Shown here: positions 38,031 to 48,659 of the stretch, piece after piece
Position numbering within the stretch: the stretch's first letter is position 1
How the letters are laid out: the number at the start of each line of letters is the position of its first letter
DNA from: Azolla caroliniana
Taxonomy: Eukaryota > Plantae > Polypodiophyta
Length of the DNA stretch: 64,000 nucleotides
Assembly (NCBI GenBank): GCA_043228905.1
Contig: JBHGNT010000015.1
Span: forward strand, 11,346,001 to 11,410,000
Direction of reading: 5' to 3'
Program-made: the position numbers and the translations under genes
The notes under the pieces: generated by a model
The model's input: the letters and a program-made list of their open reading frames with translations, nothing else
Told to the model about the DNA's origin: nothing
Database searches by the model: none

Positions 38031-38490
38031 TGTTAATCCTAGGGCCGGACAACAGCCTAACACAGGGTGTCCACTTAAGACACTTCACCAAAGGGTGTTA
38101 CGGCAAGATGACTTACAACACAACGTTTAATTAGACCTTAATTGGTTACTTAGCATTATGTCATTAACACGTGTAAGATATAACAATGAGTACAGAACGG
38201 TAATCAATACTTAAATGTTAAGGCAAAAAGTTCTATTAATTATCCGTTGTCGATTACATTGTAATTGGGCCTTTATATAGGTCTCCGGTACGAAGTACAA
38301 AACGGTGCCAACCGGCACCTTTTCGGGATCGGTCCGGATCCGGATCGGCATACCAATTCCGGTCCGTCCGTCCACATCTTCTCATATATTAATATATATT
38401 AAGACTACTAATTACAACAGTTCCCGAATAAACTATTCCTTTCACACTCTGGTTTGGACCTCCTTAAGCCTTCTTGCCGGCCGGGTAACA
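38031..38490 (-). repeat. 5' LTR of B
   Basis: Direct repeat of 19461-19920. CTATATAAA on the minus strand. Confidence 0.95.
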
Positions 38491-39412
38491 GACTACACGC
38501 GGCACACGTGGATCTACCTCATTGAGAGGAGGAGCAAAGTCTTCGACTATTTCTGGGACCTCAAAGGGTTCGCAAAAATTGTTGAGAGACAAGCTCAATA
38601 TCGGCCGGATCGGCTGAGCATATGCAACTCCTTTCCTTCCATCGATGTGAACATCGAGAAAAGCGAGATGGTCCAGGTTTGTCTCGAGGGTTTGGCGCCA
38701 AAGTTTGGAGTGTTTTGAACTGTTGCGTGTACACGGGAGAATATGCCGTCGTTTTTCGACTTAAAGTTGATGCTCCTTATAGAGGAGAACCACACGGGTG
38801 CATCGACAAGCATGCATGCCGACAACAAGATGCTATACAGAGAGGGAGATGTCGTGGTCGTGGCAGACGAGGCGAGTCAGTAAGCAATGGAGGCAGGCAA
38901 CGGGATCAAGGAAGAAGGCACCGAAGTGATGCCGACAGCAATTCTGTACCCTCCGGAAACAGGGGAAGTCAAGGCGATGAGAACCAGCAAGGGAAATCCA
39001 CCGTGGAATGCTAGTACTATAGAAAGAAAGGCCACAGGGAGAGCGAGTGCTGGAAAAAACGCGCCGATTCGGAGAAAACTGGGTCTGGAACAAGTTCCAG
39101 ACAAACTAACAAAGGAAATCGGCAATGATCACACTATGTCGAAGGATCCGGAGAAGCCGGAAAAGGGTCAGTCTTCGTGACGAGACAAGAAACAAACTCA
39201 ATCAAGAAGATCGCCCCGAAATCGGACGAGGTGTGGTACGTCGACTCTGGCACGTCTAACCACATGACGTACCACAAGGAGTGGTTTTCACACCTTGAGA
39301 AACTGATGCAACCAAGAGTAGTCGCAACCGGAGACGACACTCCAGATCTGATCGCGAATGTCGGTGCAGTTCCCTTGACTCATGTCGGGAAAAAAGGGAA
39401 ACTTATGAACGT

Positions 39413-40185
39413 TGTCGCGTTGTTACGTGCGTGCGTGGAGAAAGGCGGGACCACGGGGGTCTTGGACTAGGGAGTGACGGAGCGTAGGAAGTCGTACCTC
39501 ACCGTTTCCGGGGCATCCCAGGAGCACACCGGAAGCAACCGAAGGGAGAGAGAGAAAGAGAGGGAGCGCGCGCTTGACACCGACTCACGCACACACACAC
39601 ACAGGCCGACCTGACTCACGCCCTTATGTACAGGAAACGCAGGAAAGGGGAAGCACCCGACACCAACAGAGACATGAATATACATAGACAGACACAAATG
39701 TATATATATAAAAGGAAGAATACATTCCCAGCTTCGAGCCGGACCAAGGTAGGTTACAGTAGTCGTCGGCTGCCAAGCCGCCGGTCGGGGAGCTCACGGG
39801 CTTGTCACGCCGAGCGGGGACTTGCGCAGGAGACGAGTTGAAGCAAACCCTAAGCGAATACGAAGGGAGGGGGGGAGAAAAAGAAGAAGAAGAAGAAGAA
39901 GTGTAACTAACCCTAAATCTAACGGTATACCCTCTAACGCAAAATGGGCAACCCTTTCACAAAGGGCGCTCCCTTCCTTTTATAGAACAAGGAGAGGGAT
40001 GCGTTACAATATGGGATAAATCCCGACTTACATGGGATCGTCTGTCCCGACTTGACTACTCTTCGGCGCCAGAAAGGCGCCCTCATTATTCACACTAAAT
40101 GTACAAGGGTGAGCACACATGCTGCACCCCGCCGATGTAGCCAATGTTTCCCGGTTTCCACCTCTGGACGAAATTCTTCACGACA
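39413..40185 (-). repeat. 3' LTR of D
   Basis: TGTCGCG...CACGACA. Confidence 0.95.
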
Positions 40186-40204
40186 TCCGCCCCCACCTAA
40201 CCGC
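40186..40204 (-). promoter_or_regulatory. PPT of D (GCGGTTAGGTGGGGGCGGA)
   Basis: Abuts the 3' LTR and is identical to the PPT of E. Confidence 0.85.
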
Positions 40205-41941
40205 ACGTCCACCGGTACGTGCCAAATCCGGTGAAGGGTGAGAGATTTCGGCCGGTGAGAAACCGGTCTTCCGTAATCCGCATCTCGGCTCGCTACCGGT
40301 TTGATCCGTCAGCTTCGGTTCTTCCTTCGCGCTTACCTCCCCGTATGCTCGTTCGGCCCGTCGATGGGTCCTTTGCCGTGATCTTCGTAGTACGCTTACT
40401 TCCGCTGGCCCTTGTTCGGCCATATGAACGCCCCGCTCCCCGCCGTATGCCCGATGTCCTCCGGTTGAGGAATGCCCGTAGTGGCCGCTTGGCCTCCGTT
40501 GACCTTCGTGTTGTCCTGATTGCCGTCCCATGTTGTTTCGCGTTGCCTTCGTCCTCTCGCCGCCACCTTCCTTCTCCATGGTCTTACATCGCCTCATCGG
40601 CTCGAACCGCCATGGTCTCCGGAACGGTGTGGAGGATCCCTTTCTGGCCTTCTACGTGCTACCTCCGAACTGCGCAACCCATCTCCGCGCTCGCCTTTCC
40701 GCTCCGGCACCTCCGTGTGCCACATACCCTCGTCCGTTGTTTGGCACTGCCTGTGCCGTACTCCGGTTCATTGCACGCCTTGTCAGCCCCTTTCCCGGCC
40801 AGATCGTGCATCGCCGCTCACCCACATACTGGTGTCCTCCGCATCCGAGGAACACCCCGTAGTAGCCCGCTTGGCCCTTCCCGTCTTCGTGCTGCTGCAA
40901 CAAGTCCTGAGTCTTCCGCTTGCCGTCATCCCCTCACCCCCACTAGCTTGTCACCCCGGCTTGCCGTGTCAGTCTTCGCTTCTTCGACGGAGCTACCGTG
41001 ATCTACGAAGCGAGTGTGGAGGATCCTCCTACGGCCTCTTTGCCATCCCCTGACTCCGACCCTGTGCAGTCCACTAGGCACTTGTCACCTCGTTCCCGGC
41101 ACCTCCCTTGTGCCGTCTTCCGCTTCCTTTGTTCGGCACCGCCCGTTGTCGCGGTATTACGCAAGTGCGTGTGGAAACGAGGCGGGACCGCGGGGGCCTC
41201 GAACCAAAGAGCAAGCGAGGGAGGAGAAAGAGGGAGAACCGGCTACGCAGGACCGGGGATACACAGGGACACGGCCCTTCAGCACAGAGAACGCGAACAG
41301 ACACCGGCACAGACAGATGCGAATGACTAAATATGTATATTAAGAAAAATGGCTAGCACGACTACAACCCCCGATGGGGCACAGGTTGGTCGCAACCGAA
41401 CAGGCCGGCGAACAGATGCCGATGCCTGTTCGCTTCAACGCACAAAGGGGGGGTAGCAGGTCGGAGGTGCTGCCGGAAGCACTCGGGCGTTCCTCGAAAC
41501 AGCGCGAGCCTCCTCGGAACTCTGCACAGAAAGCTATGGAGCTCAAGAAGGAAGGAAACAGAGAGTGAAGCGTCCAGAAACGGTCCGACAGCACTTCCTC
41601 CTCTCTGCGCGATCCCCTTTTTACAGCTCTTTCCTGTTCCTTATATATCTCGACGAGCAGGCCGTCATGTCAGCTTTATCCCCTGTCCCTTTCGAACAGG
41701 GATCCGCTCCGTTCTTCACGCATACGCGTAGTTACGCCGCCGACTCGTGCCGTCCCTTAGCTCGCGCGCGCGACCGAAAAGACTGTTCGCGCGGTCTTTG
41801 TCTCCACTCGTGTTAGGGCCCGTTCCTGCCGAATATCCTCCTAACTCGCTTCTATGTTCGACTTGGAGCGTGCGCGCGTGAGGAACCGGTTCCCACGCCT
41901 TGGTCTGCCGATTCCGCTTATGGACGGTTTTCTTCACGACA

Positions 41942-41960
41942 TCCGCCCCCACCTAACCGC
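41942..41960 (-). promoter_or_regulatory. PPT of E
   Basis: GCGGTTAGGTGGGGGCGGA abutting the 3' LTR. Confidence 0.85.
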
Positions 41961-42012
41961 GCATCCTCCGGTATGCGCCAAGAAGGTTGGGACGGAGAAA
42001 ACCGGCCCGTCT

Positions 42013-45000
42013 TCATTCCTCGCCCGTCGGTTCTTCCTCGTTTTCGGATCGTTCGTCACTGCTGACCAGGAGAGCCGGGTCTGGCTCGTCGTCGTGTCGC
42101 TTCTTGAACGCCTTGATCCGCTTCCCTGCAACCGGTATCGCCATTCTCGTGCCGTCGAGTTCCGCCAGGTGATATGTCCCGTTGTCATTGGCGCTCCGTA
42201 CCACGTAAGGCCCGAACCACCTTCGTGCGAACTTCCGTGTAGCTCGGTGCTGGTTGTCGAGGCTGCTGTCGTAGACGAGCACCCAGTCACCTTCTTCGAT
42301 TTTCTTCGGTCGGAGCCGGTGCGTTCGGTCGAACCTGGCTTTGTTCTTTTTCCTCGCCACCCGGAGCTTCTCCGCAGCCAGTTCCACGTCCTCCGGTCTC
42401 CGCTCGAGCTGTCGTATGCGCGCGGCCAACAACTCCTCCCGGCTCATCTCGTCCCTCCAGTCGACCGTTGCCCACGAGGAGATAGCCCGTTCTATCGGCA
42501 TGATCGGCTTCTGGCCGAACATGAGCTCCGTCGGCATGTACCCGGTTACCGAACTGTGCGTGGTCCGGTCTGCCCACAAAGCATAAGGTAGCAGCCGCGG
42601 CCAGTCACCGACTCGGCCTCCGCATGCCCGAACCAACGCCTTGACGATCGGTCCGTGTCCGCGCTCCACCTTTCCATTCGCCTCCGGATTGTACGCAGTG
42701 GTGAGCGAGAGCTTGACTCCCAGCCGGCCGAACAGCTCCGCGGCTTCTTCGGCGTCCAACTCCCCTCGGTCAACCACGATCTTCCCGACGCACCCGTACC
42801 GGCATATCACGTCCTCGATTAGGAACCGGCATACGGCCGCGGTCGTTTTGTTCGGAAGGGCCCGGCCTTCCACCTGGTTCGTCAGATCCTCCCGCGCTAG
42901 GACCAGGTACCGCATCTGTCCTACCCCCATTGGCATCATCACCAGATCTACCATCCATTTGAAGTGGATGGTCGGAGGGTACGTGGGGTGAAGCTCGTCC
43001 CGATGTCGGACTATGGAGTGCATCTGACAGCTCTCGCAAGTTGTCACGAACCGATGCACGTCCCGGTACTGCCCCGGCCACCAATACTTCCCCTTCAGTT
43101 TCTCAAACGTAGCCCATGTTCCACGGTGTCCAGCCCAAGGGCTGTCGTGGTAGGCCGTCAGCAGCTCCTCCTGTTCTTCCTTCATCGCCACCACCCGGAG
43201 CGGAGCGCCGTCCTTCTTCTTCGGGTGCTTCCATAGATAGCCATCCCGGAGAAAGAACCGGTACGCTTTCTTCCGGATCCGGTTGGCCTCGTCCTTCGTC
43301 CATGACGCATCGGGCGTCATTGTCTTCAAAAACCCACCGATCTGCAGCCACTCCCCGTCGTACTTGCTCGCGTCGAAGTCGTTAAGCGCCGGAGTGCTTG
43401 TTCCGTCGGTTGTTACATACGCAGTCTCGAAGAAGTCCACGCCGACGTCTTCGTCCTCCGAAACCATGCCGCCCTCGTCATCGAATCTCGCCCTTGAAAG
43501 CATGTCGGCCATGGCGTTGTCTTTCCCGGAAATGTGTCGTATTTCCGGGTCCAGGGACTTGATGTACGCTATCCACCTGAGCATTGCCAGGTCCGGCGTC
43601 GCGCATCCGGAAATCATGCCAAGAATCGGCATGCAATCCGTCTCTATGATTACCTCTGTCCCGATCAGATAGTCCTTGTCGGCCTTCACCGCCGAAACGA
43701 TACCCCAGAGTTCGCGTTTAACCTGGGCGTATCCTTGCTGCCGTTCGCTGAGGACCTTCGCGCCGAATCGGATCGGAAACCGATTGCCGTCCTCGTCTTC
43801 TTGGTTGACGACCCACCCGATTCCGGTCGGACTCGTGTCAACCGTTATGTACACTGGGGTGCCCTTCCTGTAGACGGCCTTTCGGAGCGCCGGTGCTGCC
43901 GAAAGAGCCTCCTTCAGCTTCCGGACCGACTCCGTGTGCTTGTCTAGCCATTCGAATCTTCGCCCTTTCTTCAATAATCCGTACAGCGGCTCCGCGACGT
44001 GCGCGTAATGCGGGATCCATATGTGGTAGAAGGCGCATGCCCCCAAGAATCTTCGTACTTCCGTGACCGAGCTGCAATCAGGCTTCATCGCGGAGATGGC
44101 TTCTATCTTTGCCGGAGACGGTCTCCGGCCATATGGTCCACATAAATGTCCGACCACCATGATTTCCGACTGCCCGAAGGCTGACTTCTCCCCCGAGAAG
44201 GTGAGCCTCGCATCCTCTAGCCTTTGCAGCACCTTCTCGCAGTCGTCGATGTGCGTTACCACGAATCGCCGGGATCCGTCCGGCCCGATCGTCTCGTCCT
44301 TCTCTTCTACCGGGCATCCCTTGATCGGGATGTCGTCTAGAAACGGCATGGTGATGTCCGGGATGCAGTCCCTCAGCACCTTGTTCATTGCATTCACCAT
44401 GTGCGCCACCGAGTTGGTCCCTCCTTGCGGCAGCGTACACATCCGCACTAGGCCGAGGGGAGTTCGCATCGTCGTAATGTCTCTGCTCTCCACGGCTAGC
44501 TGGAACTGGTCGTACCCTGAATATAGATCACCGACCGAGTAAATCGACCTTCCGGCGAAGGCCTCCGCGAACTCATCTATGGTCGGTCCGATCCCTGCGT
44601 TCCGAATGGTCACCCTATTGACCGGTTGCAGGTCCTGAATGAAGCGCAATGATCCGTTTTTCTTTGGTACGGTAAACCACCGGTTCGAGTACGGGGCGCT
44701 CGACGGCTCGAGAATGCCCATATCAACTTTCTGCTTCAACAGCTCCATCAACTTCGGGATGTGAGCTCTCGGAACCGGAATTGGCTTGAGATTCCACGGT
44801 ACATGCGGTACCGTGAATATCACCATCGGCTCTACGATCGTCGGGTCTACGCACCCGATTTCCTCCGGTGAGAATGTGAAGGCTTTCCCGCGCCTTCCGA
44901 GCATCCTCCGAAACCGGTCTTCCTCCACCGGCAGTAGGAACCCGCCCCCACCGATCTTCAGCTCGCGGAGCATCTCGTTGGTGAAGGTGTGTCCTATGCA

Positions 45001-45495
45001 GGCCGGATCCCGTAAGCTGGGGTCCGATGCAACCCCTTTGATTCGGGATTCGCTGCCCTCCGGTAGGGGCGCCGCAACTGGCCTCACCTTCCGGTCCACA
45101 GTCTTGTACTTGGTGCTAACTCGGGCCGTCCGTTCCGACTCGAGCCCTCGACCGAAGTCCGCGATGACTTCGTACATTTCTTCTGAACATACCGGTATCG
45201 CCCGGTCCTCGATAAGGTCTTCTTCGACTACCCTCCCCAGCATTCCCAAGGTGTCGTCGAAGGAGACTGCCTCCACGGCTCCGTTGATTTCTTCGTCAGG
45301 GCCGAGAACTCCGCACGCCCGAAGTCTCCCCTTCGTCTTTGTTTTCTCTCGGCCGGCGATGCCGACCAACGTACATGCTCCGCTGCCGGAGAAGCAAAAT
45401 TTCCTACCTATTGTACACGGTTTTATCGTACAGATGTGGGGTTTTTCCCGAGCATCCGGACTGTCGCGGCCCCACGTCTTGGCAGTCCTCTCTAA
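42013..45495 (-). CDS. pol: pol (RT-RNase H-integrase) of E, in the -1 frame relative to gag-PR
   Basis: DLYSGYDQ, LPQGGTNS, FLDD, TVDTS, HDSPWAGH...CESCQ, WMVDL/VDRGE/KVERG. The frame is open up to the gag stop. Confidence 0.95.
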   Translation of the reverse strand, partial: LERTAKTWGRDSPDAREKPHICTIKPCTIGRKFCFSGSGACTLVGIAGREKTKTKGRLRACGVLGPDEEINGAVEAVSFDDTLGMLGRVVEEDLIEDRAIPVCSEEMYEVIADFGRGLESERTARVSTKYKTVDRKVRPVAAPLPEGSESRIKGVASDPSLRDPACIGHTFTNEMLRELKIGGGGFLLPVEEDRFRRMLGRRGKAFTFSPEEIGCVDPTIVEPMVIFTVPHVPWNLKPIPVPRAHIPKLMELLKQKVDMGILEPSSAPYSNRWFTVPKKNGSLRFIQDLQPVNRVTIRNAGIGPTIDEFAEAFAGRSIYSVGDLYSGYDQFQLAVESRDITTMRTPLGLVRMCTLPQGGTNSVAHMVNAMNKVLRDCIPDITMPFLDDIPIKGCPVEEKDETIGPDGSRRFVVTHIDDCEKVLQRLEDARLTFSGEKSAFGQSEIMVVGHLCGPYGRRPSPAKIEAISAMKPDCSSVTEVRRFLGACAFYHIWIPHYAHVAEPLYGLLKKGRRFEWLDKHTESVRKLKEALSAAPALRKAVYRKGTPVYITVDTSPTGIGWVVNQEDEDGNRFPIRFGAKVLSERQQGYAQVKRELWGIVSAVKADKDYLIGTEVIIETDCMPILGMISGCATPDLAMLRWIAYIKSLDPEIRHISGKDNAMADMLSRARFDDEGGMVSEDEDVGVDFFETAYVTTDGTSTPALNDFDASKYDGEWLQIGGFLKTMTPDASWTKDEANRIRKKAYRFFLRDGYLWKHPKKKDGAPLRVVAMKEEQEELLTAYHDSPWAGHRGTWATFEKLKGKYWWPGQYRDVHRFVTTCESCQMHSIVRHRDELHPTYPPTIHFKWMVDLVMMPMGVGQMRYLVLAREDLTNQVEGRALPNKTTAAVCRFLIEDVICRYGCVGKIVVDRGELDAEEAAELFGRLGVKLSLTTAYNPEANGKVERGHGPIVKALVRACGGRVGDWPRLLPYALWADRTTHSSVTGYMPTELMFGQKPIMPIERAISSWATVDWRDEMSREELLAARIRQLERRPEDVELAAEKLRVARKKNKARFDRTHRLRPKKIEEGDWVLVYDSSLDNQHRATRKFARRWFGPYVVRSANDNGTYHLAELDGTRMAIPVAGKRIKAFKKRHDDEPDPALLVSSDERSENEEEPTGEE

Positions 45496-45501
45496 AAATC
45501 C
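45432..45501 (-). promoter_or_regulatory. -1 ribosomal frameshift signal (G_GAU_UUU plus pseudoknot)
   Basis: Slippery heptamer directly before the gag UAG, 6-nt spacer, stems GGACUG/CAGUCC and AGACGUGGGG/CCCCACAUCU. Confidence 0.8.
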
Positions 45502-47618
45502 TCTCGGGTTTCGGAACCGAGGGAATCGCGGTTACGTTCGTGGTTCGGCCGTACCGTCAGAAACTGGACCGAATGGCGCCCGTCTTGGCTTTTGACCCTC
45601 GCGTAGGCCGAACCATTGTCCAGCACCTTGGTCTCCATTCGCGCCGCCGTGATGTACGGCTCTCCCAGTATGACCGGATGCGAAGACGTCTCCTGCACGA
45701 AGAAGTGCTGGTCAATCTCGACGTCGCCGATCTTGACTCGCACATTCGGACAGGCCCCGTGCAGTTCCTCGGTGGCGCGCGTTGCTGCCCTTATTTTCCA
45801 CCCGTGCTTGGTGTTGATCAGCCATTTGCCCTTCTTATAGAAGTCCATGGACATCAAATTGATCTCCGATCCATGGTCCACCAAAGCTATCGCCGGTTCC
45901 TGGACATCGCCGATCTTCACCGGGGTTTCCGTGGTCGCTCGGGCCCAGTGTGGTCTCGAATAGTGGCTTTCCGCCCACTCGCCTCCCAGCGCCATGTCGT
46001 CTAGGTGCGTCGTCCGCACTTCCACCGGTCTTTCCGGTTCTGTCTCCGTTGACAGCCTCTTCCGTTTCACCAAGTCCACGATGGAGTCGTGGAACTCCTT
46101 CTTGGCGATTCCCAGCACCTCTCGTAACGACAACTCCACCTTACTGTCGAGGATCCGCTCCTCCAGGACCTTTCGTAAGTCCGTGGTCCTTTCTATCTCC
46201 GTCCCCAGACGGTACCCGCCCTTCTGGGGTTTATCTTTCGTACCGGCCCCGCCGGCTTCGTCCCGTCGTGGCCCGGACCGGGTCTCGTATCGTTGTGAGG
46301 GCCCGGTCGTCCCGGGTTTCCCCACCCGCTTCTCTTCTACCAGAGCCTCGTAGTTCTGGCAAGCGGCTTCCACGAAGCCCGTCCTTTCCTCGACCGGGTC
46401 GCTCCACCCGGTTATCTCCCGTACTCGTTTCTCCGCGCGGTCCGATTCCTCCCCTTTAAGCCTTGCACCGGCAAGGCCTCCCAGCATCGTCGGCCAGAAT
46501 CCGGCTTTGCTTTCCTTTTGGGCCTCGCCGCCCCCGACTCGAATGCCGGCCGACGCCGAGTAGTGGACGGTTTCCGCGTGTCGGGCCGCTGCCTCTTCCA
46601 TCAACCTTTTCATACCACCTCGCCCGTCGTTTCGGCTCAGGGCCCTTCGGGTGTCGCTGGCATGCACCCGCCCTTCCCACAGGTACACCACCCTGTCCCT
46701 TAGCGCCTCCGCGAAGTCGCCGCAGTCCTTCCGAATGTGGCCGACTTCATCGCACCACATGCACCTGTTTCCTGCCGCCGGCCGTCGGTCACGAGCCGGT
46801 TCGCCACCTTCCCTTCGGGCTTGCGCGATTTGGAGGTCCTTTACCGCCCTCGTCAATTCCTCCAGCGCCGCTCCTCCGGTTGAGCCTCTGACTACGCCGG
46901 TCGAAGCCGAACCGGTTTCCAACCACTCTCGGGTCTCTTCCTTCTGCACCTGTGGCGCTGGTTCGAACTTCCTTGCTGCGACCGAGCCCGACCCGGTTAC
47001 CCCGTTATCCGCCCATTCTCGCCGTTTGTCGAAACGGCCACAGACCTTCTTGACAGCCGCCCAGTCGGTAGTGAGCCCGTCTTCGGTTTCCAGCAAGAGG
47101 CCCACTTGCTCCCGATCCCGCTCGTCGACCGACTTGACAAACAGCAAGACCCGGCTCGTGTCCAGGATGGTTCGGTCGAGCGCCGAAAGGCGCGCAAAGT
47201 TTTCCTCGAACTCCCGGAGGAGTGCCGACGCGTTTCTTCCCTTCCCCGGGGACTCCACCCATTCCATGAACCTTCGCTTCGAAAGCCGGAGCGCGTCGTC
47301 CAGCCCGTATTTCTCTAGGAGCCGGCCTTCGAACTCCTCCCAGGTACGGCTCTCCGCCCGCACCTCGAGCACCTCCGCATGGATGCTCGGCATTGCCACT
47401 CGGGGAAATCCGGCAAGACGCCTTTCTTCCGGAATGTCCCGCATCAACATTTCTGCACCGTAGGACGCCAGATACTTCGTGGCATCCCTCCCATCGAACC
47501 GGCCGATCGTGCCGACGACCGCCTCAATAGCTCTGTCGAGGGCACCGGTGCCCTCGCGCGCGTTTACAATCCGATCCACGGCCGAAGCCATGGCTTCTGC
47601 AAGATCCGACCCCCTCAT
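45492..47618 (-). CDS. gag: gag-protease of E
   Basis: Zinc knuckle CMWCDEVGHIRKDC, protease ALVDHGSEIN and ILGEPY. First ATG at 47618. Confidence 0.92.
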   Translation of the reverse strand: MRGSDLAEAMASAVDRIVNAREGTGALDRAIEAVVGTIGRFDGRDATKYLASYGAEMLMRDIPEERRLAGFPRVAMPSIHAEVLEVRAESRTWEEFEGRLLEKYGLDDALRLSKRRFMEWVESPGKGRNASALLREFEENFARLSALDRTILDTSRVLLFVKSVDERDREQVGLLLETEDGLTTDWAAVKKVCGRFDKRREWADNGVTGSGSVAARKFEPAPQVQKEETREWLETGSASTGVVRGSTGGAALEELTRAVKDLQIAQARREGGEPARDRRPAAGNRCMWCDEVGHIRKDCGDFAEALRDRVVYLWEGRVHASDTRRALSRNDGRGGMKRLMEEAAARHAETVHYSASAGIRVGGGEAQKESKAGFWPTMLGGLAGARLKGEESDRAEKRVREITGWSDPVEERTGFVEAACQNYEALVEEKRVGKPGTTGPSQRYETRSGPRRDEAGGAGTKDKPQKGGYRLGTEIERTTDLRKVLEERILDSKVELSLREVLGIAKKEFHDSIVDLVKRKRLSTETEPERPVEVRTTHLDDMALGGEWAESHYSRPHWARATTETPVKIGDVQEPAIALVDHGSEINLMSMDFYKKGKWLINTKHGWKIRAATRATEELHGACPNVRVKIGDVEIDQHFFVQETSSHPVILGEPYITAARMETKVLDNGSAYARVKSQDGRHSVQFLTVRPNHERNRDSLGSETREDF

Positions 47619-47640
47619 CTTCTGCTCTTCTGCCGCCTCT

Positions 47641-47658
47641 TTCACGTCGGGTTCACCA
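47641..47658 (-). promoter_or_regulatory. PBS, tRNA-Trp (TGGTGAACCCGACGTGAA)
   Basis: Plus strand TTCACGTCGGGTTCACCA equals the 3' end of plant cytosolic tRNA-Trp as I recall it. Confidence 0.9.
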
Positions 47659-48659
47659 AAGATGTCGCGGTATTACGCAAGTGCGTGTGGAAACGAGGCG
47701 GGACCGCGGGGGCCTCGAACCAAAGAGCAAGCGAGGGAGGAGAAAGAGGGAGAACCGGCTACGCAAGACCGGGGATACACAGGGACACGGCCCTTCAGCA
47801 TAGAGAACGCGAACAGACACCGGCACAGACAGATGCGAATGACTAAATATGTATATTAAGAAAAATGGCTAGCACGACTACAACCCCCGATGGGGCACAG
47901 GTTGGTCGCAACCGAACAGGCCGGCGAACAGATGCCGATGCCTGTTCGCTTCAACGCACAAAGGGGGGGTAGCAGGTCGGAGGTGCTGCCGGAAGCACTC
48001 GGGCGTTCCTCGAAACAGCGCGAGCCTCCTCGGAACTCTGCACAGAAAGCTATGGAGCTCAAGAAGGAAGGAAACAGAGAGTGAAGCGTCCAAAAACGGT
48101 CCGACAGCACTTCCTCCTCTCTGCGCGATCCCCTTTTTACAGCTCTTTCCTGTTCCTTATATATCTCGACGAGCAGGCCGTCATGTCAGCTTTATCCCCT
48201 GTCCCTTTCGAACAGGGATCCGCTCCGTTCTTCACGCATACGCGTAGTTACGCCGCCGACTCGTGCCGTCCCTTAGCTCGCGCGCGCGACCGAAAAGACT
48301 GTTCGCGCGGTCTTTGTCTCCACTCGTGTTAGGGCCCGTTCCTGCCGAATATCCTCCTAACTCGCTTCTATGTTCGACTTGGAGCGTGCGCGCGTGAGGA
48401 ACCGGTTCCCACGCCTTGGTCTGCCGATTCCGCTTATGGACGGTTTTCTTCACGACACCGTGCCGAACACTGTCCCTTAGTCACGGTTTGATCCGGCCCG
48501 CGATGGCCACTTGCGAGACACTTATTCCGTCCCAGGTGTGCCTTTCCGGCCCGACACACCTCCTCGTGTTCGCCCTATCGGCTACTTCCGAGACCGTAAC
48601 TGTCCAGTGAGGGTTTCGCACTTCGTCTGCCCCGTCTTACCGACTCCCGATCTGCTACC

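Larger units (their letters stand above)
19461..38490 (-). mobile_element. Ty3/gypsy element B (non-chromovirus, Athila/Selgy-like RT-RH) with extra 3' ORF; degenerate
   Basis: Two 460-bp LTRs and TSD GACTA (19456-19460, 38491-38495). gag-PR-RT-RH-IN order on the minus strand. Confidence 0.95.
17304..38579 (+). mobile_element. Ty1/copia element A1 (5' LTR to start of integrase), interrupted by Gypsy B and 3'-truncated
   Basis: LTR TGTTGAGAG...TTTTCA, Met PBS, gag-PR-IN motifs. Integrase FIDDY|TRHTWIY is split by B. Confidence 0.9.
41147..48457 (-). mobile_element. Intact young Ty3/gypsy element E (Trp PBS, no chromodomain; Phygy-like)
   Basis: Near-identical 795-bp LTRs (41147-41941, 47663-48457), 4-bp TSD CCGT, open gag-PR and pol. 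Confidence 0.95.

Noticed and set aside
19461-38490. B and C as plus-strand elements because TGGCACGC follows the left LTR
   Set aside because: gag-pol, ORF3, TATA and a second PBS are all on the minus strand, and no plus-strand PPT precedes the right LTR.
40219-41001. 260-aa ORF and the many overlapping ORFs in 40000-57000
   Set aside because: Expected in GC-rich retroelement DNA and antisense to real ORFs. No domain evidence.
47641-47658. tRNA-Trp gene (also at 56876-56893)
   Set aside because: Only the 3' 18 nt including CCA are present, next to an LTR. It is a PBS.
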